50,006 nucleotides of DNA from an uncultured Candidatus Saccharibacteria bacterium (GCA_964454285.1 CAYVSW010000001.1:1-50006); one strand, 5' to 3'. Positions 23,595 through 32,778 are shown, counted from the first letter of the stretch. Made by a program: numbers and translations. The notes: generated by a model from the letters alone, not told the origin.

Positions 23595-23922
23595 GAGAAC
23601 CAATGTATACAAAGAACAGATATTAAGCCTACTCAGAAAAAAACATCTTCTGACTATCGCTGAAATTCACAAAGCAATCCCAGACGCTGATTATTCGACG
23701 ATTTTTCGCAATGTCGAACAATTGCTTTCTGATAAACAAATCAAAAGAATTATGATTGACAGCAAGTCAATTGCATACGAATCAGCTCATGAGAGCCACG
23801 ATCACTTTATTTGTAATGACTGTGGAAAAGTTGAAGAAATTCACGTTCCCCACACCTCAATCAAAGGTCGAAAGATTGACGATATTACCGTGCGAGGAAG
23901 TTGTAATGAGTGCGATAAATAA
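23593..23922 (+). CDS. zur: Fur-family metalloregulator, probably Zur
   Basis: HESHDHFICNDCGKVEEI (HxHxxCxxC) plus a C-terminal CNEC. Sits in an operon with a COG0523 GTPase. Alternative ATG at 23575. Confidence 0.8.
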   Translation: MRTNVYKEQILSLLRKKHLLTIAEIHKAIPDADYSTIFRNVEQLLSDKQIKRIMIDSKSIAYESAHESHDHFICNDCGKVEEIHVPHTSIKGRKIDDITVRGSCNECDK

Positions 23923-25006
23923 TATGAATAAAACAACCCTTAAAAAACAAATACCCGTTACTGTACTTTCTGGATTTCTTGGAGCGGGTAAAACAACCGT
24001 CTTAAATTACATACTTGCAAATCGACAAGGACTTAAGGTTGCGGTGATAGTAAACGATATGTCAGAAGTGAATATTGATGTAGAGTTGGTAAAAAACAAT
24101 GAGGTAGCCCTTGATCGCACAGAAGAAAAATTGATCGAGATGTCTAATGGCTGTATCTGCTGTACTCTTCGAGAAGATCTTCTAAAAGAGGTATCAAAGC
24201 TAGCATCAGAAGGAAAATTTGATGCAATCTTCATCGAATCAAGTGGAATTTCAGAACCACTTCCTGTTGCTGAAACATTCACGTTTGAAGATGAGAATGG
24301 AAAAATGCTTATGGATATTGCCCGACTCGATACTATGGTGACTGTCGTAGATGCAAAACATTTTCTGTTGAACTACGAAAATGACAAAAATCTCTCTGAT
24401 GAAAAGATTGGTGTATCAGATGACGATACTCGAACCATAGTTCACCTCCTTACCGATCAGGTCGAATTTGCCGATGTTATTTTACTTTCAAAAGTTGATA
24501 TCACCCCAAAAGAAGAAGTTGCAAAGATTAAAGCTATCATCAAAACACTTAATCCTGGAGCAAAGATATACGAGATTGAAAAAGGAAAAATTGAATTAGA
24601 CAAGATACTCAACACCGGTCTATTCACACTTAAAAACGCATCAAACAACGCTGGTTGGCTCAAGGAAATGCGAGGAGAACACATTCCAGAAACGGAGGAA
24701 TATGGAATCTCGAGTTTTGTATTCAAAGCCAATCGTCCATTTTCTCATACAAAGCTCCTGGATATTCTTAACGGTAACAAATTGAAGGGTGTAGTCAGAT
24801 CAAAAGGTTTCGCATGGACAGACGAAAGACCGAACATGGCACTAATGTGGAGTCATGCAGGCAATATTATCAACCTTGATCCCTATGGATACTGGAATAA
24901 GAGAAAAGACGGTTCATTAGATGCAGAGCAGAAAATTGTCTTCATCGGCATCGAAATGGACAAAGAATATATATTAGATGAACTTAATCAAGCACTTATT
25001 GCATAA
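23906..25006 (+). CDS. COG0523-family (CobW/YjiA/ZigA-like) metallochaperone GTPase
   Basis: Walker A GFLGAGKTT, metal motif GCICCT, ESSGISEP, SKVD, CobW C-terminal domain. ATG 23906 (GAGGAAG 8 nt upstream) overlaps the zur end. Alternative ATG 23924. Confidence 0.88.
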   Translation: MSAINNMNKTTLKKQIPVTVLSGFLGAGKTTVLNYILANRQGLKVAVIVNDMSEVNIDVELVKNNEVALDRTEEKLIEMSNGCICCTLREDLLKEVSKLASEGKFDAIFIESSGISEPLPVAETFTFEDENGKMLMDIARLDTMVTVVDAKHFLLNYENDKNLSDEKIGVSDDDTRTIVHLLTDQVEFADVILLSKVDITPKEEVAKIKAIIKTLNPGAKIYEIEKGKIELDKILNTGLFTLKNASNNAGWLKEMRGEHIPETEEYGISSFVFKANRPFSHTKLLDILNGNKLKGVVRSKGFAWTDERPNMALMWSHAGNIINLDPYGYWNKRKDGSLDAEQKIVFIGIEMDKEYILDELNQALIA

Positions 25007-25010
25007 AAAT

Positions 25011-25859
25011 ATGATAATTGGAATTTTAGGAAAAGGAGGTGTTGGAAAATCAACAATTTCATCACAAATTGCACTCTATCTTGCAAGTCAAAAGAAGAAA
25101 ATTCTTGCAATTGATGCTGATTATAATATGGATTTGGTATTCAATATTACAGGTGGAAATATTCCTGAGCAGTTGCCCTATTTTGGAACACAAAAATCAG
25201 CTATTAAATTTTTCCTCTCCCTTGAGAAGGGTACAAAATTTTCTGATGGGGTGCTTGGTTTTAATGAAGCACAATTTCATTTCTCAGAACCATCAGTTGA
25301 TAGTTTTACTGAATCAGTAGCTACTCCCATCAAGAACCATCTTTCAGTAATTGTTTGTGGACCAGAAACAGAAGACATTTTATACGGCCAAGGTTGTGGG
25401 CATGCATTATCAGCTCCTCTTAAGCTCTATTTACCACTACTGCATGTTGCGCCAAATTGTCATGTGGTGATCGATGAAAAGGCAGGTTCTGATGGTGCTA
25501 ATAGTGGAATCATTTCAGGGTGTGACATAGTTTATATTGTTACAGATCCATCACTTCATGGAACAAAAACAGCACTTCAGATTGCTCGCCTTGCAGAATT
25601 TTTTGAAACACCTTATAAATTTATTGCAAATAAGGTTCAAACACCTGAAGATCTTACGTACATTTCAGAACGATTAAATGTGGATGTTCATTTATCATTT
25701 ATATTTGATTCTGAACTTAGTAAAAATCCAGGACAAGTTTCTGCTAAAAACGTTAAATTCTTTGAGCAAATAGATAATCTTACAATTGACTCAGATAATC
25801 AAAATAGATTAGACCGCTCTCAGCGCAAATTCAAAATTGCTCAAGAAAGATACTCTTAG
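25011..25859 (+). CDS. ParA/MinD/CooC-family P-loop ATPase (deviant Walker A)
   Basis: ILGKGGVGKST, AIDADYNMDL. ATG 25011 is 4 nt after the upstream stop. Confidence 0.75.
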   Translation: MIIGILGKGGVGKSTISSQIALYLASQKKKILAIDADYNMDLVFNITGGNIPEQLPYFGTQKSAIKFFLSLEKGTKFSDGVLGFNEAQFHFSEPSVDSFTESVATPIKNHLSVIVCGPETEDILYGQGCGHALSAPLKLYLPLLHVAPNCHVVIDEKAGSDGANSGIISGCDIVYIVTDPSLHGTKTALQIARLAEFFETPYKFIANKVQTPEDLTYISERLNVDVHLSFIFDSELSKNPGQVSAKNVKFFEQIDNLTIDSDNQNRLDRSQRKFKIAQERYS

Positions 25860-25953
25860 TTTGTAATCACCTCGCATGTTTTCTTCTCGAAAGGAATCAT
25901 GTATGGTGACTATAATCACCGTGTTCTTTTTTCACAATTTAAAAATTTTAATC

Positions 25954-26370
25954 ATGAATTGCACAGACGCAAGAATGGTGTGGTCTCACCCAGAAGGACC
26001 AATCAAAGGAGTACAACAAGTATTTCCTGAAGCATGGAAACGTATCCATGCAATTGCTCATCATTTTGCAGACAAGAAAACAAATCCGTATAACGATTTG
26101 GTTCAAGCGGATGCAAAGGAGATGGGAGTTAATACTCCGTTTTATGTTGAACATGCGCTGGATGGTGATCCTGTTGCAGAGCAAATCCACGGAATCCTTG
26201 GAGATGTAGCAATGGGAAAAGTGATATCCAAATGGATGTCTGACCATTGTAAGGCACCCATGGTGCTTGCTAATGTATGCTGTAATGGTTGCACCTCCTA
26301 TCGACCAGATATGCCAGATGAGGAAATCAACAAAATGCAGCTTGCTGCAATCAAAAACAATCCTATATAG
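25954..26370 (+). CDS. Hypothetical His/Cys-containing protein (CCNGC motif), last gene of the Zur-linked cluster
   Basis: 138-aa ORF from ATG 25954 (the track start 25876 adds a hydrophobic, unlikely extension). Contains AIAHHF, DHC and VCCNGC. Confidence 0.5.
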   Translation: MNCTDARMVWSHPEGPIKGVQQVFPEAWKRIHAIAHHFADKKTNPYNDLVQADAKEMGVNTPFYVEHALDGDPVAEQIHGILGDVAMGKVISKWMSDHCKAPMVLANVCCNGCTSYRPDMPDEEINKMQLAAIKNNPI

Positions 26371-26403
26371 GTAATTGTTGTTATTTTGATAGCAAGCAAA
26401 AAC

Positions 26404-26431
26404 CCGGACAAAAACAATGTCCGGTTTTTTA
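26404..26431 (+). terminator. Rho-independent terminator
   Basis: ccggaca-aaaacaa-tgtccgg followed by tttttt. Confidence 0.65.
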
Positions 26432-26466
26432 TTTTTTTGACCTATTATTTCAAATCTCTTGTTTGA

Positions 26467-26649
26467 TCTAAAAAAGCAAAGAATGTCATATTCATATGCC
26501 TTCGAGGAAACACAAGTAGACTAGCAACTTATAAAGCAGAACAACTCGGCATCAAGGCAATAAATCTCAAGGGTGGAGATGCGGAATGGAGCAGGCTGAA
26601 TTTGCCTCGAATAATATCAATGTCCTGTATATTGAAGTACGACCTTTAA
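26467..26649 (+). pseudogene. Rhodanese-domain remnant (C-terminal about 45 aa, no start codon)
   Basis: Frame 1 reads KNVIFICLRGNTSRLATYKAEQLGIKAINLKGGDAEWSRLNLP, which is an active-site loop C-x-R-G-x-x-S followed by the L.GG...W end. An in-frame stop lies directly upstream at 26464-26466. Confidence 0.55.
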
Positions 26650-26669
26650 ATTAGATAATTTAAAACGAT

Positions 26670-26700
26670 AAAAACACCTCTCATTACGAGAGGTGTTTTT
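26670..26700. terminator. Bidirectional terminator hairpin (13-bp stem)
   Basis: aaaaacacctctc-attac-gagaggtgttttt, downstream of tRNA-Gln copy 2 on the minus strand. Confidence 0.7.
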
Positions 26701-26738
26701 ATCTTAAAACTAGCTATCTTTGAGCTAGCTCAAGTTTG

Positions 26739-26809
26739 CTGGGGTGCAAGGACTCGAACCTCAATAGACGGTACCAGAAACCGTAGTCCTACCATTAGAC
26801 GACACCCCA
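26739..26809 (-). tRNA. tRNA-Gln (CUG), copy 2, inverted relative to copy 1
   Basis: The reverse complement matches 10873-10943 at 69 of 71 positions. The two differences are at tRNA positions 26 and 44. CCA is not encoded. Confidence 0.9.
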
Positions 26810-26819
26810 ATATATTTTT

Positions 26820-26847
26820 ATTATATGCGAAGAATGCTTTTTTTCAA
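26820..26847 (-). promoter_or_regulatory. Promoter of tRNA-Gln copy 2 (TTGAAA-16-TATAAT on the minus strand)
   Basis: Minus strand reads ttgaaaaaaagcattcttcgcatataat. It shares the opening ttgaaaaaaag with the copy-1 promoter. Confidence 0.5.
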
Positions 26848-27023
26848 GTGTGAAAATAAATATTCCCCAAAAGGGGAATATAATTTTATGCCATCTAGCC
26901 ACTACTTAATCTTATTGTTTTAGAACATTTAGTAAACTAGCAAGGAGGTTCCTTGTTAAGACTAAAAAAAAGACAGTTTCGAGCTGTCCTTTTTATTTCA
27001 CCTTAATTTAGTATACTTATCAT

Positions 27024-27578
27024 ATGAAAAATACAATCCTTATACACGGAGCACCTTATGAAGACGAATTTAGAAATCTTGCGACACCTTCTCCTTCAAA
27101 TACAAATTGGTTCCCTTGGTTGCAAAAACAGCTTGCTTTGCACGATGAAATATCTGTAGCTCCAGAAATGCCTCGCCCGTATGACGGTGTATATAGTGAA
27201 TGGGAAGCCGTAATAAAACAGTATAGTGTTACCGCAGAAACAACATTAGTAGGGCACTCTTGTGGTGGTGGTTTTCTTCTTCGGTATCTATCAGAAAACC
27301 CCGATATTATTCCAGGTAAGGTTGTGCTTGTTGCGCCATGGCTCGATCCCGAACCTCATGAGCTAACTACCCCTTTCTTTGATTTTAAAATTGATGAAGA
27401 GTTGAATAGTAGAACAGATCTTCACTTTTTTATGTCTAGTGATGATTTTGATGGATGCTTAAAATCTTTTGAATTAATTAAAAAGATTTTACCAAATGCG
27501 CACTATCATCTTTTTGATAACAAAGGACACTTTACAGACAAAGAGTTTCCGGAAATAATAAAATTATTTTTTGTTTAG
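27024..27578 (+). CDS. Alpha/beta serine hydrolase (YdeN/RBBP9-like)
   Basis: Nucleophile elbow GHSCGG, then later SSDD and GHF positioned to supply the Asp and His. Length 184 aa. Confidence 0.75.
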   Translation: MKNTILIHGAPYEDEFRNLATPSPSNTNWFPWLQKQLALHDEISVAPEMPRPYDGVYSEWEAVIKQYSVTAETTLVGHSCGGGFLLRYLSENPDIIPGKVVLVAPWLDPEPHELTTPFFDFKIDEELNSRTDLHFFMSSDDFDGCLKSFELIKKILPNAHYHLFDNKGHFTDKEFPEIIKLFFV

Positions 27579-27593
27579 TTCTATTGCTTCATC

Positions 27594-27911
27594 ATGCAAA
27601 CCTTCAGCGATAGAGTAATAAAGATAGCATTGCAAATACCCGAAGGCAGAGTCACCACCTATGGGCGGATAGCCCGGGCTGCAGGGGCGGGGCCGATGGC
27701 ATCGCAGAGCATCACTGCAATACTCGGCAAGGCGCATCAGGCTGGGGTAAAGGGTATCCCATTTCATCGCATAGTATATGCAGACGGCAGAGCATGGCTC
27801 AACAATGAATACGAAAAAAAGCGCCTCGCGCTCTATAAAAAAGAGGGAATACAGCTCGACAAAAACGGCAAGATTGTAAACTTTAGAGATATTTTGTTTG
27901 AGTTTAAATAA
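27594..27911 (+). CDS. Alkyltransferase-like (ATL) / MGMT-family DNA-binding protein lacking the acceptor cysteine
   Basis: The MGMT C-domain pattern is IPEGRVTTYGRIA...; the active-site PCHRV is replaced by IPFHRIV. Single domain, 105 aa. Confidence 0.75.
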   Translation: MQTFSDRVIKIALQIPEGRVTTYGRIARAAGAGPMASQSITAILGKAHQAGVKGIPFHRIVYADGRAWLNNEYEKKRLALYKKEGIQLDKNGKIVNFRDILFEFK

Positions 27912-27913
27912 AT

Positions 27914-27945
27914 AAAAAGCCTAGACTATATAGTCTAGGCTTTTT
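27914..27945. terminator. Bidirectional terminator, perfect 15-bp palindrome arms
   Basis: aaaaagcctagacta-ta-tagtctaggcttttt, between convergent genes. Confidence 0.8.
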
Positions 27946-27947
27946 AT

Positions 27948-28469
27948 TTATACAAGGGCTAGTATTTGCTTGGCTATCTCACCAGGGCTTTGAGTATTTG
28001 AGTCAAAGGTTTTTTCTGCATGATCTTTGATTGCAAGATATGCATTGTAGCGCTCCATAAACTCTGCTTCTGTTGTTACCGATATTTTTGTGCCACGCAT
28101 TGTTGATTTGAATATTCTTTCTTCAAAACGTTTGAGTAATACCGGGAGCGGCGCTTCGATATTTACAAATGTCGTTTTGATACTATGTTTTTCACCCAGT
28201 GCGACTAGAGAATCGTTGAGTGTGCCTTGTATTACTGAGCCACCCTCGAGAAGGAGTGACATCCCATGCTCGAGCATTTTTTCTGCAATAAGTAAGAGAC
28301 TTTCGTGCACTACTTTGCGATCTCGTTCCGGGCTATAGTCTGATATTAAAAATTTTATTTTGTTCGCAGAGAGGCGAAAGACTTTTTTCTGTTGGCTCAT
28401 GAGAGCTTCTGCGGCATATGTTTTGCCGCCCATGATAGGGCCGTTGAGTATTAAAATAAATTGGTTCAT
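27948..28469 (-). CDS. P-loop NTPase/kinase-like protein
   Basis: Walker A NGPIMGGKT near the N-terminus. Length 173 aa. Confidence 0.6.
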   Translation of the reverse strand: MNQFILILNGPIMGGKTYAAEALMSQQKKVFRLSANKIKFLISDYSPERDRKVVHESLLLIAEKMLEHGMSLLLEGGSVIQGTLNDSLVALGEKHSIKTTFVNIEAPLPVLLKRFEERIFKSTMRGTKISVTTEAEFMERYNAYLAIKDHAEKTFDSNTQSPGEIAKQILALV

Positions 28470-28580
28470 ATGTTGTTTTGAATTATGGTTTTGATTAATG
28501 TAGATTACTCTACTTGAGAACTATACACTACTAAGGCGATTTATCAATATAAGTCAGATGTGTAGCATGCCCGCCAGAAG

Positions 28581-29141
28581 CTATCTTTTCTTTCTAAATA
28601 TAAGTCCTGTCATTAGAGTATTGGTAGTGATCATCGCTACAGAGTGGAGAGTGGTCGCTATATTGTATGCCTGCATTGAAAAAAGCATGAGTATATGGCG
28701 AAGAACATTCATACTGTAGAGTACTGGTGTCTCTGTCTCGGGGTGGCGATAGGTCTTGCGGATAGTCGGCATAAAAGCGACGAGGTCTATAGAGACTGCG
28801 ATAATAACTGAAATAGTTGGGTCCTTGGTGAGTACCCATGGGATGATACCTAGAAGTGCGATGATAAGAAATATAGTATCTGTCTTTTGGATATGTTTGA
28901 AGCCATAGCGGAGTGAGAAAAAGAAGATGATGATGGTGAATATTTCAGAAGCTGCAGTAGGTATCGCTCCATAGCCTGCGCCTTTTGCAAGCTGGCCAAA
29001 AAAAATAATACAAGACACGATAGACCATACGAGCCACGTATACGGGTGGGGCTGTACGCGTTTTTTGATAATATCTCTGAGGTATGGCAAGTTGCCAATG
29101 ATAGCGAGGACTACAGCAATATAGGCAACAATTTCTTTCAT
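28581..29141 (-). CDS. Hypothetical integral membrane protein (about 6 TM)
   Basis: Hydrophobic throughout. No motif recognised. Confidence 0.6.
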   Translation of the reverse strand: MKEIVAYIAVVLAIIGNLPYLRDIIKKRVQPHPYTWLVWSIVSCIIFFGQLAKGAGYGAIPTAASEIFTIIIFFFSLRYGFKHIQKTDTIFLIIALLGIIPWVLTKDPTISVIIAVSIDLVAFMPTIRKTYRHPETETPVLYSMNVLRHILMLFSMQAYNIATTLHSVAMITTNTLMTGLIFRKKR

Positions 29142-29226
29142 ATATACAGTGTAGCACCTTATAACAAAATAATAACTACTACAAAAAGCTTTTCCGCGGA
29201 GTTATTTTAGTATATATTTCTGGTAT

Positions 29227-31035
29227 ATGGTATCAAATGCAACAAAATTTTTGGATAGATTAAATAAAGAGTATTTTGTTTTACACAAAGAGTATGAAGA
29301 CTATTTTTGGCTTTCATATATGGGGGACCATAGTGTAGACAAGAAAAAAGACGAAGCACTTGCGGCTCGTGATGCATTTCGTGCAGATGCATCACTTGTT
29401 AGTGAGGCAGAAAATTTATTACAGTCTGCAACAGATGAAGAAAAAACTCGATTAAAATTGTGGCTTAGATTTTTTGAATGCTACCAATCTCCAAAAGCTG
29501 CACTTCCTGTAAAAAATAAAATTAGTAAGCTTGAATCAAAAATCCTCAAAAAGAGAGGTTCACGAAAAGAGGGCTATATAGATCCATATACAAAAAAGTT
29601 TGTAGTAGCATCGTCTGTAAAAATGAGTACTATGATAGCTACAAATCCAGACGAAAAAATCCGCAAGGCATGCTTTGATGCACGAGAAAATCTCGCAAAA
29701 GATTTTATTGCAGAATATATAGAGATGGTGGGGCTACGAAATACATATGCGCAGATTCTCGGGTACAAAGATTTTTATGACTACAAAGTACAACGCGAAG
29801 ACGGCATGACAAAGAAAGAACTCTTTGGTATTTTTGATGATATCTACAAAAAAACAAAATACGCGCATGATGATATAAAAGAGCTCGAAAAGACCATGCC
29901 AGGACTTCGCAAACCATGGAACCTCGGCTATATGATGGCTGGGGATTTCACCAAAGAAGAAGACCAGTACTTCCAATTTGATGAAGCGCTCCTTCGCTGG
30001 GGTAGATCATTTGCAGCGCTTGGTATAGATTTCAAAGGGAGCACGCTGCAGCTAGATTTGCTCGATAGAAAAGATAAATACAACAATGGCTTTTGCCATT
30101 GGCCAGAGCTTGTACGATATGAAAAAGGGAAGATTGTCCCAGGGAAATCAAACTTCACTTGTAATGTGGTGCCAGGCCAAGTAGGTTCTGGATTTATAGG
30201 GGTGAATACACTCTTTCATGAGGGCGGGCACTCTGCGCATATGCTCAATATCACACAGCAGGATGTCTGTGTAAATCATGAATACGCACCTATGTCGACT
30301 GCATGGTCTGAGACACAGAGTATGTTCCTCGATACAATGCTCTCTAGTATCGAATGGCGAGTACGATATGCAAAAAATGCTGATGGTGCAGCATACCCAC
30401 TAGATTTGTTTAAACGAAAAGTACAAAAGCTACATCCGCTCCAGCCACTTGCGCTCAGTAGTATTATTTTTGTTGCAAATTTTGAAAGAGAAATATACGA
30501 AGCAAAAGATTTGACTCCAGAAAAAGTAGAAGAGATTGCTCGAAAGAATCATAAAAAATACTTTGCCCGCTCTGAAACATCGTTGCTCGCACTCAATGTC
30601 CCACACATCTATTCTTTCGAAAGTTCTGCGGGGTATCATGGGTATGGCCTTGCTGAGCTTGCGCTCGAGCAATGGCGTGAATACTTTTATAAAAAGTATG
30701 GATATATTGTAGACAATCCTGCAGTAGGAAAAGAGATGGAAGCAGTATGGAAATTTGGCGGGGCAAAAACCTTTGATGAATTTGTAGTACTTGCTACTGG
30801 CAAAAAACTTTCAGCAGATGCACTGCTCAAAAATATCACCGCTCCAGTCTCAGCGGTAGTAGCTGATGCAAAAAAGAAAATTAAAAAGCTCGAAAGTGTA
30901 CCAGAATATACTGGGCTAGTAGTACTGAGCGCAAAGATCAAGATGGTGCACGGAAAGGAGACTGTCGCGACAAATACAAAAAGCTTTGAAGATATGGCAG
31001 AAAAGTACAAAAAGTGGTTTACCAATAAATTATAG
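29227..31035 (+). CDS. M3-family zinc metallopeptidase (oligoendopeptidase F-like)
   Basis: HEXXH as [10 protein letters not shown]. Length about 600 aa and a helical architecture typical of PepF-type enzymes. Confidence 0.8.
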   Translation: MVSNATKFLDRLNKEYFVLHKEYEDYFWLSYMGDHSVDKKKDEALAARDAFRADASLVSEAENLLQSATDEEKTRLKLWLRFFECYQSPKAALPVKNKISKLESKILKKRGSRKEGYIDPYTKKFVVASSVKMSTMIATNPDEKIRKACFDARENLAKDFIAEYIEMVGLRNTYAQILGYKDFYDYKVQREDGMTKKELFGIFDDIYKKTKYAHDDIKELEKTMPGLRKPWNLGYMMAGDFTKEEDQYFQFDEALLRWGRSFAALGIDFKGSTLQLDLLDRKDKYNNGFCHWPELVRYEKGKIVPGKSNFTCNVVPGQVGSGFIGVNTLFHEGGHSAHMLNITQQDVCVNHEYAPMSTAWSETQSMFLDTMLSSIEWRVRYAKNADGAAYPLDLFKRKVQKLHPLQPLALSSIIFVANFEREIYEAKDLTPEKVEEIARKNHKKYFARSETSLLALNVPHIYSFESSAGYHGYGLAELALEQWREYFYKKYGYIVDNPAVGKEMEAVWKFGGAKTFDEFVVLATGKKLSADALLKNITAPVSAVVADAKKKIKKLESVPEYTGLVVLSAKIKMVHGKETVATNTKSFEDMAEKYKKWFTNKL

Positions 31036-31037
31036 AC

Positions 31038-31077
31038 ATAACAAAAAACCTCTCAATATTGAGAGGTTTTTTGTTAT
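31038..31077. terminator. Bidirectional terminator, perfect 40-nt palindrome
   Basis: ataacaaaaaacctctcaat|attgagaggttttttgttat. Confidence 0.8.
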
Positions 31078-31205
31078 GCGCGCTTTTTGTTTGAGTTAGC
31101 TTTCTTGGCTGCAAGCATTTCGTGCTTTATAGCAAGGCGCTTTGCGGTCTTGTGAGAGTGTCGTGATTTTACTCCTTTTTTGATGTCTGTACTTCTTTTT
31201 GCCAT
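31074..31205 (-). CDS. Candidate 43-aa highly basic protein (below the track's length cutoff)
   Basis: Minus-strand ATG 31205 to TAA 31074: MAKRSTDIKKGVKSRHSHKTAKRLAIKHEMLAAKKANSNKKRA. Fills an otherwise empty 230-nt gap and is followed by the palindromic terminator. Confidence 0.4.
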   Translation of the reverse strand: MAKRSTDIKKGVKSRHSHKTAKRLAIKHEMLAAKKANSNKKRA

Positions 31206-31287
31206 ATGTATTGTATTACGTGATATAGACAACAGTATACACTAAAAATCGAAAAAAGCTATGAAATCTTTATTTTTAAAGAATTTA

Positions 31288-31296
31288 TGCTATAAT
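31288..31296 (+). promoter_or_regulatory. Extended -10 element TGCTATAAT
   Basis: Ends 12 nt before ATG 31309. Confidence 0.45.
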
Positions 31297-31308
31297 CTCA
31301 AAACTATT

Positions 31309-32778
31309 ATGGCAAACGACACCCTAGCCCGATTTGATAAGGTCTCATTTGAATACAGCGCTACAAAACCTATCTTGGACCAGGTGGATTTTTCTTTGCG
31401 CCGGGGAGCAAAGCTCACTCTCATGGGGCAAAATGGTGCTGGCAAAAGTACTATCTTTAATCTCCTCGCAGGTACGTACAAACCAGAAGAAGGGCGTGTA
31501 ATCATCGTCCCTGGTACTACTATAGCGACTGGCCGCCAGGTGATCCCTCGCGAAGACATGGATCTCACCGTGCGAGCATTTTTTGAAAAGTGCTTTACGC
31601 AAAAAGTGTACGACATAGATCCACGCATCGACGAAGTACTCGAAGTGGTGAACCTCAAAGGTCACGAAAAAATCCACGATAGAATTGTAAAAACATTTTC
31701 TGGTGGGCAGCAGGCGCGCCTCCTCCTAGCTTCCGCTCTTATTCAAGATCCAGACCTACTCCTCCTCGACGAGCCTACCAACAATCTCGACCACGCTGGG
31801 ATACAGCATCTGACAAAATTTCTTATCGACTACAAAAAGACCGTAGTGGTGATCTCCCATGATGCAGACTTCCTCAATGCCTTTACCGAAGGCGTCTTGT
31901 ACCTAGATGTATATACTCGCAAGATTGAGCAATATGTAGGCGACTACAACGATGTGCTCCGCGATATCAGTGCACGTATCGAAAAAGAAAATATGAAAAA
32001 TGCACAGCTCGCAAAAGAGATCCAGGCCAAAAAAGAAAAGGCAAATCAATTTGCATTCAAAGGTGGCCAGATGCGTCTCGTGGCAAAGCGCATGCGCGAA
32101 AAAGCAGAAGAGCTCGAAGAAGATATCGTAGATGTTCGCAAAGAAGACCGCACGATACGCCCATTTACTATCCCAGTACAAGAAGACATCATTGGCGAGA
32201 TTATGAACATCAGTAGCTTCTCTGTGCTCAAAAATCACAAGCCAGTGGTCCGCAAAGCTGCAATAAGTCTCAAAAAAAACCAGCACCTACGCCTCGTGGG
32301 GCCAAATGGTATCGGCAAGAGTACACTCCTCGAAGCGCTCGCTCGTGGCACTGCAGAGGGTGCGACCATTGCAAAAGATGTACGCGTAGGCTACTACCGC
32401 CAGGACTTCTCGACGCTTGATTTCAATGACACCGTATTCCAAGCGCTCCGCAAAGCTATGGAAGCATCGGGCAAGAGATTCGCAGAAGACCGTGTGCGCT
32501 CTGTGGCCGCGAGTTTACTCATTACTGGTGAATACATGCAGACACGCATTGGCGCGCTCTCTGAGGGGCAGAAAGGGATGGTGGCATTTGCGAGTCTCAT
32601 ACTCCTCGAGCCAGGGCTCCTCATACTTGACGAGCCGACAAACCATATCAACTTCCGCCATTTGCCGGTGATTGCAAAAGCACTTTCGCAATTTGCAGGT
32701 GCGATGATACTTGTTTCTCACGTAGAAGAATTTGTTTCTCAGATACGTATCGATGAGATACTCGATCTAGAAAAGTAG
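31309..32778 (+). CDS. ABC-F family ATPase (two ABC domains, no TM domain)
   Basis: Walker A GQNGAGKST and GPNGIGKST; signatures FSGGQQARL and LSEGQKGMV; charged linker between the domains. ATG 31309 lies downstream of the -10 (the track start 31261 includes the promoter). Confidence 0.88.
   Translation: MANDTLARFDKVSFEYSATKPILDQVDFSLRRGAKLTLMGQNGAGKSTIFNLLAGTYKPEEGRVIIVPGTTIATGRQVIPREDMDLTVRAFFEKCFTQKVYDIDPRIDEVLEVVNLKGHEKIHDRIVKTFSGGQQARLLLASALIQDPDLLLLDEPTNNLDHAGIQHLTKFLIDYKKTVVVISHDADFLNAFTEGVLYLDVYTRKIEQYVGDYNDVLRDISARIEKENMKNAQLAKEIQAKKEKANQFAFKGGQMRLVAKRMREKAEELEEDIVDVRKEDRTIRPFTIPVQEDIIGEIMNISSFSVLKNHKPVVRKAAISLKKNQHLRLVGPNGIGKSTLLEALARGTAEGATIAKDVRVGYYRQDFSTLDFNDTVFQALRKAMEASGKRFAEDRVRSVAASLLITGEYMQTRIGALSEGQKGMVAFASLILLEPGLLILDEPTNHINFRHLPVIAKALSQFAGAMILVSHVEEFVSQIRIDEILDLEK

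Noticed and set aside
23756-23905. Upstream extension of the COG0523 ORF to 23756
   Set aside because: It lies in an alternate frame inside the Fur-family gene. The Walker A N-terminus and an RBS-like GAGGAAG support ATG 23906.
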